Shown here: positions 1-8,617 of the stretch, piece by piece | Position numbering within the stretch: the stretch's first letter is position 1 | Layout: every line of letters begins with the position of its first letter | DNA from: Elusimicrobiota bacterium | GTDB taxonomy: Bacteria > Elusimicrobiota > Elusimicrobia > Elusimicrobiales > UBA9959 | Length of the DNA stretch: 20,549 nucleotides | Assembly (NCBI GenBank): GCA_037137395.1 | Contig: JBAXKK010000044.1 | Coordinates: 1 to 20,549, forward strand | Direction of reading: 5' to 3' | The notes under the pieces: model-generated | Databases searched by the model: none | What the model saw: the letters and a program-made list of their open reading frames with translations, nothing else | Told to the model about the DNA's origin: nothing | Translations under genes and position numbers: made by a program

Positions 1-191
1 CCCCCACTTTGACCGTGTATGACAGTTTATGATGGACCGGGTTGCCCGTGTGGCACCATAAGTTGTGGGGTCAAATCGGGGGCCGGCAATGTTCTTACAG
101 ATACACCAAAACCTATACTTCGAAGTTGGCTAACGCCTGAGAGAATGCTATTGTGGGGCAAAGTTCTGTATAATGTTTTTGGGGCTAAATA

Positions 192-225
192 TTGCATTTT
201 GAAATCTGTTTCTCTCATTTTGGAG
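192..225. promoter_or_regulatory. Pair of degenerate TYTCATTTTGARA boxes over the regulator's leader/RBS (putative autoregulatory operator)
   Basis: ttgcattttgaaa (192-204) and tctcattttggag (213-225), 21 bp apart, downstream of a TATAAT at 169-174. Confidence 0.55.
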
Positions 226-232
226 GGGTTTT

Positions 233-1618
233 ATGGACAAACTGAAGATTCTGGTAGTTGAAGATGAAAATCCGGCACAGGCGGTCATGGCGGCCCAGTT
301 GACAGGCCATACAGTGGACTTCGCAAAAGATAAAAAGACCGCCCAGAAAAAACTGGCTGGCGGTTCTTATGATCTATGCTTCCTGGACTTAATGCTGGGA
401 CTTGATGATGATTATTCGGGTTTGAAACTTATCGCGGACGCCAGATCAAGAGGGTTTTACTCCGTGGTTATGACAAGCTCGGATTCAGACGATATCATAA
501 ATAAGGCCTATGAACTCGGCTGTGACGATTTCTATATCAAAGGCAACGAAAAAGCAAATATCAGCGCCGTCATCGCCAAATACCTGCAGCGCGGGACAAG
601 CGGGAACCTTAACAAAGTCTTCTCCGAGGAGTTTATAACCGAAGACCCGGCAACGCGCGCCAACGTCACCGAAGCGCTTAAATACGCGGCCTCCGGCTCC
701 CCCATCCTTATTCTTGGCCCGACCGGCACAGGCAAAACCTGCCTGGCCCGGATAATACACAAGCATTCAGGGCGCGCTGGTGAATTCGTTTCCATGAACT
801 GTTCGGCCTATACCGAGGACCTCATGGAAGCGGAACTCTTCGGCTACCGGAAAGGCGCATTCACCGGAGCCAATGAAACCAGAAAAGGCCGGTTGCTCCA
901 GGCCAGTAACGGAACCTTATTTCTGGACGAGATAGGCTCCATGAGCCTTAACATGCAGACCAAGCTGCTTAAAGCCATTGAGGAGAAATCCTTTTACCCA
1001 CTTGGCTCCGATAAACCGGAACATTCCGATTTCAGAATCATCAGCGCCACTTTGGAAGACCTGCAAGCACTTATAACGCAAGGCAAGCTCAGGTTGGACT
1101 TCTTTCAGCGCATACACGGGTTTACCGTAACTTTGAAACCGCTGCGGGAACGCAAAGATGATATTTTCCCCCTCATACGGCAATTCACGCGCGGCGCGAG
1201 GCAGCTTTCATTCGCGCCGGACGCCAAAACTTTCATGCTTCAGTATGAATGGCCTGGCAATATACGGGAATTGAAGAAGCTGGTAGACCTGCTTGTTTCG
1301 GGCGCGGAAAACCGCGTCACGCTTGAAGCCATCCGTAAGCACCTTTCACAGGAACTTAAGCCCCTGCCGCCCGGCGGCTTCCTTACGGACGCGCAGTATA
1401 AATATGCCGTGGAAAACGGCCTGGACAGCGCGTCTGAACTGTTTACCTACGAGATAATCCGCCGCAATATGCAGGAATACAACAGTAACAAAAGCAAGGT
1501 AATGACCAATCTTAAGATCTCCACTAACCTGCTTTATGCCAGGTTAAAGAAATTCGAGCCAAACAAGGGGACTGAATCAGATGGAATCAAATCTTGTGGA
1601 AAGAAAACTGCTTCATAA
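233..1618 (+). CDS. NtrC-family sigma-54-dependent response regulator (REC + AAA+ + C-terminal HTH)
   Basis: N-terminal REC (ILVVEDE, FLDLML); Walker A GPTGTGKT; ELFGYRKGAFTGA with intact GAFTGA loop; Walker B LFLDEIG; WPGNIREL; Fis-like C-terminal helices. SD GGAGGGG precedes the ATG. Confidence 0.95.
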   Translation: MDKLKILVVEDENPAQAVMAAQLTGHTVDFAKDKKTAQKKLAGGSYDLCFLDLMLGLDDDYSGLKLIADARSRGFYSVVMTSSDSDDIINKAYELGCDDFYIKGNEKANISAVIAKYLQRGTSGNLNKVFSEEFITEDPATRANVTEALKYAASGSPILILGPTGTGKTCLARIIHKHSGRAGEFVSMNCSAYTEDLMEAELFGYRKGAFTGANETRKGRLLQASNGTLFLDEIGSMSLNMQTKLLKAIEEKSFYPLGSDKPEHSDFRIISATLEDLQALITQGKLRLDFFQRIHGFTVTLKPLRERKDDIFPLIRQFTRGARQLSFAPDAKTFMLQYEWPGNIRELKKLVDLLVSGAENRVTLEAIRKHLSQELKPLPPGGFLTDAQYKYAVENGLDSASELFTYEIIRRNMQEYNSNKSKVMTNLKISTNLLYARLKKFEPNKGTESDGIKSCGKKTAS

Positions 1619-1772
1619 AATCCGTTCGCAATCCGCAAGCCTTAAAACCATTGCGGAAATGTTCAAGACCGGCACCGCTGAGAAAAAGCTGGAATTGCTT
1701 GCCCTTATGAAGGAAGCAGGGCAGGATATAATGGATTGCCTGTCCCGGCTTGAGAAGGATTTAAAAGCCTAA
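1581..1772 (+). CDS. 63-aa helical microprotein resembling a stand-alone HisKA/DHp domain
   Basis: SD-like AAGGGG upstream; overlaps the regulator's 3' end. LLHKIRSQ...EKK...DI...LEK parallels the kinase's VAHDIRSP...EKK...DI...LEK. Confidence 0.65.
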   Translation: MESNLVERKLLHKIRSQSASLKTIAEMFKTGTAEKKLELLALMKEAGQDIMDCLSRLEKDLKA

Positions 1773-3925
1773 CTCCAGGGCGGAGTTTTGTCTATCACTT
1801 TAAGCCAGGGTAAGTGAGCGAAATCTTCCGGCATGTGGCCGGTCTCAAGCGTTATATTGTTATAACCTTTATTGTGCAAATCCTGCGCGATATTCTCGCC
1901 TTTAACGCCGTCCTCCTCGTCGTCCAGCTCTGAATCAAGATAAATAGGCGTCTCTTTGGGGAATTCTTCTATCCGGGCGAGAAAATCGGTCGGATTGTCG
2001 AAGATAACGAGCTTTACGCCTTTTGCTTCCGCGACTAATTCCCAACTCATGCGGGCCACTTTATCATCATCCACTAAAATGGCGTCCACCTGGCCGGGGA
2101 CAGAAACAGCTTCCGGTTTTGCATCAGACTTTTGAATCGTTATCGGAACCAAGCTTGCCAGGCCCTTGTGTATCATCCGCACTTTTAAGCGTTTGCATTC
2201 GTCAATTATGCGCTTCTCTTCGCAGCGACTGGTGACCAGTATTGTTTTACCACACAGGTTTAATTCCTCGGCAAGGCTCAAGCCGGTTTCTTTATAACCT
2301 ACAAGCTCATAGTCAAAAAGACAAACGGCGGTTTGAGCTTCGGCCGCATTGTTTCTTATCCATTCGCGCAATTTGTCCGGCTCGCTGAAATGAATGGCTT
2401 CAATACCGTGCTCCTTAATTCTTGCCGATTCAAACCGGCCATCCCATACCTGATGAATAGTGGCGTCATCATCCAAGACTACCACAGGCCGGCCCGGAGG
2501 AAGCTTAAGCACAGCCACAAATCCTTCCGGCGCCGACGCTTTGGGCAGTTTTATCGTAACCGTCGTCCCTTTCCCCAGCTCTGACGTTATGTTTAGGTTG
2601 CCGCCCCAGCTTTCCGCCGTAGTCCGCGCATGATACAAACCTAAGCCCGAACCGCCGGCTTTGCCGTGCGTCTCACCCCTTTGGCCCAGTTTGGCCAGGA
2701 TTTCAAGCGGAATTCCTTTGCCGTTGTCGGTTACTGTTAAAACGACATTTCCCGCATCCTGGCCTAACTCCACAGACACCTTACCTTTATCGCCCAATAC
2801 TTCAACGGCATTATTCACCAAATTAGACACCATGCGTCTGAATTCAACCGGCTGTATCCTAGCGAATAGGCCGTAGGATTCCTGTGTTAACTCAAAATCG
2901 ATATTGATGCCGGGCTTTGATTCAAATTGCAGGCGTTTCTCGGTGATAACCGGATCTATTATGCTTGAAAGCAGGCGCGTTGCCGACGATTCTTTGTTTT
3001 CGGCCGCGGGAGAACCATCAATCGCGACAGTTTTGGCCTGTTGCCGGTTTTTTTCAAGCAGATTATTGGCGATATCGTGTATGCGGTTAACGGCATGACG
3101 CACCATAACACGCTTCTTTTCCGGCAACTCCGCCGTATCTTTAAGCGCCACGTCCAACGCCACCAGGGGAGAACGTATGTCATGCGCCACCTGCGCGGCC
3201 AAATCTGATGTGGCTTTTGAAACGGCCAGTTCGCTCTCGAACTGAGCAGCTTGGCTAAGCGCTACGCTCATGCGGTCCGTCATCTGCGCGAAAGGCGTGC
3301 CAATGATGCCAGCAGGCAAGCTGTTGATGTGTTTTTTTATGGAATCACGGATTATATTGCTTTGACCGGAGGATGTTATAGCGTTTATCTCGTTAACAGA
3401 TCGCTCTATGGCTAATAAAGTCTGTATAGCACCAAGATTAGAAATAGCAAGCAAACCTAGGAAGAATAGAACCACGGTGATGAATAGGACATAATTTTGA
3501 GCAAACACCGAGGCATTAACGTCAACCAGATCTATAACATATTCAAGCCGTCCCAGCTCCGCGCCATTGGAAACAAAAGGCATATTATGAGCCATCTGTA
3601 CGCGGGGCCGGTCATAGAGATTACCGATTACAGCTTCTTTAAATATCCATTTACTGCCTTCAAACCCAATGGGACGGAAAGTGATGCGCTTTATATTGTC
3701 GTTCTTTATGCGCCACATTATACGTTGGGTCTCAAAAACATCGCCCTCAAGAAAAGCTTTTTCAAAATAGGCCGCATTCTGCCGCATCGCAGTCAGAAGC
3801 TTGTCATCGGCCACCCGTACTGCCGAGAATACCGAGAATATCTGCCAGAAAGCTACAAACGCCAATACTGACACGGCATAATGCCGCCAGTTATAAGCAA
3901 GTATCCGCACAAAAAATTTTACCAT
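1769..3925 (-). CDS. Membrane hybrid sensor histidine kinase with two C-terminal receiver-like domains
   Basis: Two hydrophobic TM segments flanking a short extracytoplasmic region; H-box VAHDIRSPL; N-box NLVNNA; DNGKG; GSGLGL; REC-like VVVLDDD..LFDYEL and ILVDDD..YLDSEL. Confidence 0.93.
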   Translation of the reverse strand: MVKFFVRILAYNWRHYAVSVLAFVAFWQIFSVFSAVRVADDKLLTAMRQNAAYFEKAFLEGDVFETQRIMWRIKNDNIKRITFRPIGFEGSKWIFKEAVIGNLYDRPRVQMAHNMPFVSNGAELGRLEYVIDLVDVNASVFAQNYVLFITVVLFFLGLLAISNLGAIQTLLAIERSVNEINAITSSGQSNIIRDSIKKHINSLPAGIIGTPFAQMTDRMSVALSQAAQFESELAVSKATSDLAAQVAHDIRSPLVALDVALKDTAELPEKKRVMVRHAVNRIHDIANNLLEKNRQQAKTVAIDGSPAAENKESSATRLLSSIIDPVITEKRLQFESKPGINIDFELTQESYGLFARIQPVEFRRMVSNLVNNAVEVLGDKGKVSVELGQDAGNVVLTVTDNGKGIPLEILAKLGQRGETHGKAGGSGLGLYHARTTAESWGGNLNITSELGKGTTVTIKLPKASAPEGFVAVLKLPPGRPVVVLDDDATIHQVWDGRFESARIKEHGIEAIHFSEPDKLREWIRNNAAEAQTAVCLFDYELVGYKETGLSLAEELNLCGKTILVTSRCEEKRIIDECKRLKVRMIHKGLASLVPITIQKSDAKPEAVSVPGQVDAILVDDDKVARMSWELVAEAKGVKLVIFDNPTDFLARIEEFPKETPIYLDSELDDEEDGVKGENIAQDLHNKGYNNITLETGHMPEDFAHLPWLKVIDKTPPWS

Positions 3926-5394
3926 CTAAACTCCGCCACCTCGGGATATTCCGTAAATCCTTTCCCGACAATTAAATTTTTAATATTCTCCGGGTAATAG
4001 AATTTTTCCACTTCCTGGAAAAGCGGCAAAACAGCGTATCTTTTCCCCAGCCCATCGGCGATCCTTTCAGCCATCCCCGCCGCAACAGGCCCCTCTTCCT
4101 CTTTAACCATCTTTTCGAGCAAAGCGGTCAACTCCGGCATATTAAAATCCACCAGACTGTCCTTCACAAGAAAATCCCTGAAAAAAATGTCATATTCGGG
4201 CTGCACAACGCTGAAATTTATCAAAACCATATCATATGGGTGCGGGCGGACAAAAAGCGTTTTAACGAGTTCCTGCACCTCATATTGCTTTATCTTTATT
4301 CGTATCCCGGTCTTACTGTGAAATTTTGCGGCAAACGCTTCCAGCGGGACCCGGCTTTCTTTCCTCCAATTCGCTAATATGAACGGTTTTAGCGTTTTGG
4401 CTCTTTCCAGGTAGGAATTACGGCATTCCTGCTGAGGCCTGCCGGAGTGCCCGCCGGGAATACCCATAGGTAGGAGCGTTTGAATATCATACAACTGTTT
4501 GGAATTAGGAAAAGCCGCCTGCCTGAATCCAGAGATATCGAAACAGTTATACAGAATCTCCCTGGATGTTTTATCCGGACTCGTCAAGATCAACCCCGAG
4601 GATTTTAACGGGACACTTTCAAACGATAAGAACCGTTCGGAAACCGTTTCCGGCAATACGCCATAAGGAACCCGGTTGAAATCGCTTAAATCTTTTCTCT
4701 CAAGGTTCCCTGAGAAATCCACATACTCCCATAGGCTTATTCGTTCATAACCCTTAGCGACAGATTTCTTCCGCTTCAAGACAATCTCGTTTTTTCCGAT
4801 GTTTTCTACCGAGAAAGGCCCCAAGCCCAGTTCCACATTCTCGCTGACTCCGAGAGTCGGCGCATTGACATACCGGGTCAGAAAATTCAAATAGCCTGTT
4901 TTCTTTTTTTTAAAGCTGACATCAAGACATTCTCCGGAGCGCACAATAGAAAAGTCAGGGGAGTATCTCCGTGTTACCGTCAGCAGGTATGTTTCGAAGT
5001 AGTCCAGAGAAAAGTTTTGCTTTTCATCGAATTTTTGACCCGTATCGGGGCAAAACACATATTTTGAGGAATCGACGCTTCGGGACCATTTTTTAAGGAT
5101 TCGCGATGAAAAGTTTTCACCGTCGTCCATCCTGAACAACGGCTCATGCGTCTGCTTGAGTATATAGAAAACCGCGTCCTCGTCAGCCAATGATGTAGAC
5201 ACTTTTTTTGGCAACCCGGGAAGATAAACGCCCCAAACTGGTGCCCCGGCTGCGGCCGAAGAATGCCCCGCCATAACCGAAAACATAACCATACAGGCGA
5301 CATATGCCCACGTTTTATTTTTCACGCTACTGAAATATATCGGCATAGTTTTTGCGGCCAGCCACGGCCGGCAAGCAGCATAAAATCGTATCAA
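3919..5394 (-). CDS. Family-5 (OppA/DppA-like) extracellular solute-binding protein; start uncertain
   Basis: Signal-peptide-like N-terminus; HEPLF..D...S.ILKKW, GLGPF.V, L.R and C-terminal VLPLF motifs typical of SBP_bac_5. Overlaps the kinase start; no ABC permease/ATPase nearby. Confidence 0.7.
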   Translation of the reverse strand: MIRFYAACRPWLAAKTMPIYFSSVKNKTWAYVACMVMFSVMAGHSSAAAGAPVWGVYLPGLPKKVSTSLADEDAVFYILKQTHEPLFRMDDGENFSSRILKKWSRSVDSSKYVFCPDTGQKFDEKQNFSLDYFETYLLTVTRRYSPDFSIVRSGECLDVSFKKKKTGYLNFLTRYVNAPTLGVSENVELGLGPFSVENIGKNEIVLKRKKSVAKGYERISLWEYVDFSGNLERKDLSDFNRVPYGVLPETVSERFLSFESVPLKSSGLILTSPDKTSREILYNCFDISGFRQAAFPNSKQLYDIQTLLPMGIPGGHSGRPQQECRNSYLERAKTLKPFILANWRKESRVPLEAFAAKFHSKTGIRIKIKQYEVQELVKTLFVRPHPYDMVLINFSVVQPEYDIFFRDFLVKDSLVDFNMPELTALLEKMVKEEEGPVAAGMAERIADGLGKRYAVLPLFQEVEKFYYPENIKNLIVGKGFTEYPEVAEFRW

Positions 5395-5402
5395 ACAGCC
5401 AC

Positions 5403-7001
5403 CTAACCTACCCGGTCAAATAAAAGGTCTTTTACCCGGCCGGCCCCAAGCTTAAACCCGGCGCACCTGCCGGCTCTTTCCCCAGAAAAACGCAGAGAGA
5501 GCCAACCCGCCGAAAACAAGTCGCCCTGAAGAAGTCGAATTTCCTCTTTTGGGGCATTCTTTCTTTCCAAGAACAGTTTTCCTTTTTCCGGCACAATGTT
5601 GTATTTAATATCCAACTCTTTACTGTAATACTGGCCGGCACAAGCCCGGCTTTTTTCCCCCGAAATAGCCGGTGGGGTTATTTTTTTATAAGTCTCTTCC
5701 TTTCCTGTGCGCTCCTTGACCAAAGCCGTTCCGGCGCCCTTATTCCTTCCAGCGCAGAATGTTATATCAAAAGCGCCTCCCGTACGGGTAAAATGATATG
5801 GACCCACCGGCTCAAGCATATAGTTCCCGCCACCTGAACTATAAAACAGATTCCCGTCCTTTGTTAATATTTCCAGGAAATCCTCGCTTTCGGTGTTTAA
5901 GTAAACGCCTTCGATCTCTTTCATTTTACCTATTGAGGCCGGAGAGGCGCGTTTTGCGACCGGCCTAAGCGGAATACCGGTCATTTCCCCGCCTAGACAG
6001 ATATCCGTTATCTGCCAGGCAATACGCGCAGGGTTCGCCTGACTGAAATTGGAAAGGCAGATCACGGAAAAATTTTTCTGCGGAAATCGCAGAATTTCAG
6101 TTCTATAACCTATCCACGCTCCTCCATGAGTTATCGTTTTAAGGCCCCTGTACGTGCCGAGAAACAAGCCGTGCGCATAATTTAATTCTGTGCCGTCATC
6201 AAGACGACCTGTTGTAGTTATTTTTTCTATCAGTTTTTGGCCGCCTCCGGCCAGCTTGTTATGGTAGAAATTCTGGTCCCAAAGGAACAAGTCCTCCACC
6301 GTGGTATTCACACCCCCGTCCCCGACCACGTCAAAAATGGAGAAATCCGCCCTGACCCCGTCCAGCTCGACAGAATAGCCGGAGGCCCGGTTCTTCACAA
6401 TCGAGGTAAACACATCGTGGAAATGGGTATTCTTCATACCAAGAGGGGAAAAGATATTTTCTTCAGCAAATTCCCGCAGTGACTTTCCGGAAACGCGTTT
6501 TACCACCACGCCGAGCAACAGATAGCCGGAGTTGCAATACAGGAATTCCGCGCCCGGCCTGAAATTCGGGTCGCGTTGTTTTGAAATAAGCCCGATTATC
6601 TCTTCTTCCGGGTACTCATTTTCATACCGCATCCCGGCAAGGTCCATAAGGGTCAAATAATCCCTTATACCGCTTATGTGATGTATTAAATGCCGTAACG
6701 TGACAGGATACTTGTACAAACGCATTTCCGGTATATATTTCTGCACAGGGTCTTCAAGATTAAGCCGTCCCTTTTTCTCAAGGATAGCTATACAGAACGC
6801 AACAAATTGTTTCGAGGTGGATCCGATATCAAACACCGACCTGGAAGAGATCGGGATATTGTGTTCCAGATTGGCCATTCCATAGCCGTGTTTATAAACA
6901 ATTTTTCCGTTATCCACTATCCCCAAAGCATATCCGGGAGAGCCGGGCTTATCACATTCAGAAAATAAACTGTCAATTTTATCGATATCCACTGGTTTCA
7001 T
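5403..7001 (-). CDS. Serine hydrolase, beta-lactamase/PBP-like (peptidase S12) with C-terminal extension
   Basis: SxxK (IGSTSKQF), YxN (YCN), HGG motif, LIHHISG. Start reassigned to ATG 7001, which forms an ATGA overlap with the upstream rSAM stop. No signal peptide evident. Confidence 0.9.
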   Translation of the reverse strand: MKPVDIDKIDSLFSECDKPGSPGYALGIVDNGKIVYKHGYGMANLEHNIPISSRSVFDIGSTSKQFVAFCIAILEKKGRLNLEDPVQKYIPEMRLYKYPVTLRHLIHHISGIRDYLTLMDLAGMRYENEYPEEEIIGLISKQRDPNFRPGAEFLYCNSGYLLLGVVVKRVSGKSLREFAEENIFSPLGMKNTHFHDVFTSIVKNRASGYSVELDGVRADFSIFDVVGDGGVNTTVEDLFLWDQNFYHNKLAGGGQKLIEKITTTGRLDDGTELNYAHGLFLGTYRGLKTITHGGAWIGYRTEILRFPQKNFSVICLSNFSQANPARIAWQITDICLGGEMTGIPLRPVAKRASPASIGKMKEIEGVYLNTESEDFLEILTKDGNLFYSSGGGNYMLEPVGPYHFTRTGGAFDITFCAGRNKGAGTALVKERTGKEETYKKITPPAISGEKSRACAGQYYSKELDIKYNIVPEKGKLFLERKNAPKEEIRLLQGDLFSAGWLSLRFSGERAGRCAGFKLGAGRVKDLLFDRVG

Positions 7002-7891
7002 AAACGCGTAACCTCTTGATTCTTTTTTGCCGAAGACAGTATCCCGGGGACGATATACTCGCATAACGCGCAGGGCGCGGAGTGTTCCCGAGACAAGCTG
7101 TCTTTTGATAGTCCGGCCATCCGTACAAGCTCGCCGAATGTGTGGCGGGAAACTAATTTATAGAACCGACTGCGCAAATGTGCCGCTATCGTCCGGTGCA
7201 CATACCTACTGTTCCCGGGCTTAGAAGCAAGAAAACCACAGCAGATGGTGAATCCGCGTCCGCAATTATAAACGAGCCGCCCGATATTCGGACATTTTTT
7301 CCGCAGCACCTTCGCCTCGAAAGCGGGGTATGAATAGTTAAGAGCGCTATACTTGGCGCGGCCTATAGGTAAAATCTTCTGGGTCGTAACGGGCACGCCT
7401 ACAAGCTTTAATTTGTTCAGGAAGATCAGGTCCAACGGCGCCTGTATGGCGCATACGAGGCCAAAAGAAAGGTTTAATTCGCGGCATGCTGCCTGCAGGT
7501 TATGGATACAGGTTTCGGGAACAAATTCCGCGTGGAATTTGTCATATGACATTTGCACACTGTTCAGCGCTTTAAAAGACTTGAGGGTTTTTACGGCCAA
7601 TGCAGGGGTAGAGGCAAAATAACCGTTCGTGATGATACTTATATGAATTTTATCCGTCCTATCTATTGAGGAAAGTATGCTGTTTATTTCTCCGGTAAAA
7701 AGAACCGGCTCCCCTCCCGTAAAGATCAGTTCCCGCGGCTTATTTCTATTTATCGCCGAAACCAGAAGCTCTATCTCTGATTTTGTAATTCTGCGGATGC
7801 CAAGATTTTTATCTACAAGACAATGTCGGCACCGAATATTACACGCGGTGCCGACTGTTATCCCCAGATCAAGCTTATGCTTAAGACTCAT
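6998..7891 (-). CDS. Short radical SAM protein with Cys-containing C-terminal (Twitch-like) region
   Basis: CNIRCRHC (CX3CX2C), FTGGEP, ITNG, SYDKFH; C-terminal CPN..C..CC..CALC. No N-terminal RRE. Confidence 0.9.
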   Translation of the reverse strand: MSLKHKLDLGITVGTACNIRCRHCLVDKNLGIRRITKSEIELLVSAINRNKPRELIFTGGEPVLFTGEINSILSSIDRTDKIHISIITNGYFASTPALAVKTLKSFKALNSVQMSYDKFHAEFVPETCIHNLQAACRELNLSFGLVCAIQAPLDLIFLNKLKLVGVPVTTQKILPIGRAKYSALNYSYPAFEAKVLRKKCPNIGRLVYNCGRGFTICCGFLASKPGNSRYVHRTIAAHLRSRFYKLVSRHTFGELVRMAGLSKDSLSREHSAPCALCEYIVPGILSSAKKNQEVTRL

Positions 7892-8073
7892 CCATGCTTC
7901 ACGACGCGAAGAGGCTCCGAGTCTCCAATTTCCTGAAGATCATTCGAAGCTAAAATACTGAGCTCCGTTTTTTGCACATCTGAAAGAGCCTTTACATACT
8001 GCATAGCATTGCACACGGAAAAAAGCCCCACTGAAACCAGGAAAGCCGCTATTACTTTATCTTTGTTTGTCAT
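7888..8073 (-). CDS. 61-aa small protein with signal-peptide-like N-terminus
   Basis: SD AAGGG; basic N-terminus, hydrophobic core and CNA cleavage-like site; ATGA-coupled to the rSAM gene. Confidence 0.7.
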   Translation of the reverse strand: MTNKDKVIAAFLVSVGLFSVCNAMQYVKALSDVQKTELSILASNDLQEIGDSEPLRVVKHG

Positions 8074-8095
8074 TTTATTTTTCCCTTAATATCTA

Positions 8096-8124
8096 CATTC
8101 TGCCATTTTTACGGCTGCACTTCA
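8096..8124 (-). promoter_or_regulatory. Putative sigma-70 promoter overlapped by a degenerate -24/-12 variant site
   Basis: Minus strand TTGAAG-17 nt-CAGAAT with extended TG; overlapping CAGCCGTAAAAATGGCA (8101-8117). Confidence 0.4.
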
Positions 8125-8228
8125 ACTCTCTCTTTTGTCTCTTTTATCACTCTGGCCTAAGCGCCCCGGATTAATGAAAAGCGGACAATATAGATTACCC
8201 GAAATATCCCCGCTCTGTAAGGGCCTTT

Positions 8229-8251
8229 GGACCCAGAACCAGAATGGGTCC
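8229..8251 (-). other. Stem-loop just after the 60-aa peptide gene
   Basis: GGACCCA-N9-TGGGTCC, 10 nt after the stop codon. Confidence 0.5.
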
Positions 8252-8261
8252 TTGTATACTT

Positions 8262-8444
8262 TTATTTTTCCGCATAGAATAACTGCGAGCCGGGAAAGGT
8301 TCCGGCACACGCATATTGCGCCGAGATCGTGACCTGCTGTTTACCGACATCCACGGCGACCAGATGTTGTGGCCTTGATAGAACCGCCAGTATAAATATG
8401 GCTGATATACCCACCAACACCGCTTTAATTGTTCTCCGTTTCAT
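8262..8444 (-). CDS. 60-aa secreted-type peptide (candidate precursor or signal peptide, module C)
   Basis: SD GGAG 5 nt before ATG; directly downstream of the conserved promoter; MKRR plus hydrophobic stretch; single Cys in YACAG. Confidence 0.8.
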   Translation of the reverse strand: MKRRTIKAVLVGISAIFILAVLSRPQHLVAVDVGKQQVTISAQYACAGTFPGSQLFYAEK

Positions 8445-8466
8445 TGTTTCTCCACTTCGTTATATT

Positions 8467-8501
8467 TGCCTACGCCTCGTACGGAGCAATTTTTATAGCA
8501 G
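8467..8501 (-). promoter_or_regulatory. Variant -24/-12 promoter, module C
   Basis: Minus strand CTGCTATAAAAATTGCTCCGTACGAGGCGTAGGCA; near-identical copies at 12042-12076 and 16803-16837. Confidence 0.8.
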
Positions 8502-8577
8502 ATATCAAATTTAATTGCCTTCATTGGGAAAATTCGAAAATCCGGGATGCAAAGAATTTAAAAACCAGACAAAAACG

Positions 8578-8610
8578 CTTCGTTTTGAGATAACTATTCT
8601 CATTTTGACA
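8578..8610. promoter_or_regulatory. Tandem palindromic enhancer (UAS) pair, module C
   Basis: cttcgttttgaga (8578-8590) and tctcattttgaca (8598-8610), 20 bp apart; spacer taactat identical to the module A pair. Confidence 0.75.
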
Positions 8611-8617
8611 AACCATA

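Noticed and set aside
51..66. tggcaccataagttgt as a canonical sigma-54 promoter
   Set aside because: The -12 element is off by one base and reads TTGT rather than TTGC.
181..195. GG-N10-GC (ggggctaaatattgc) upstream of the regulator
   Set aside because: Poor -24 context; better explained by a sigma-70 TATAAT and overlapping operator boxes.
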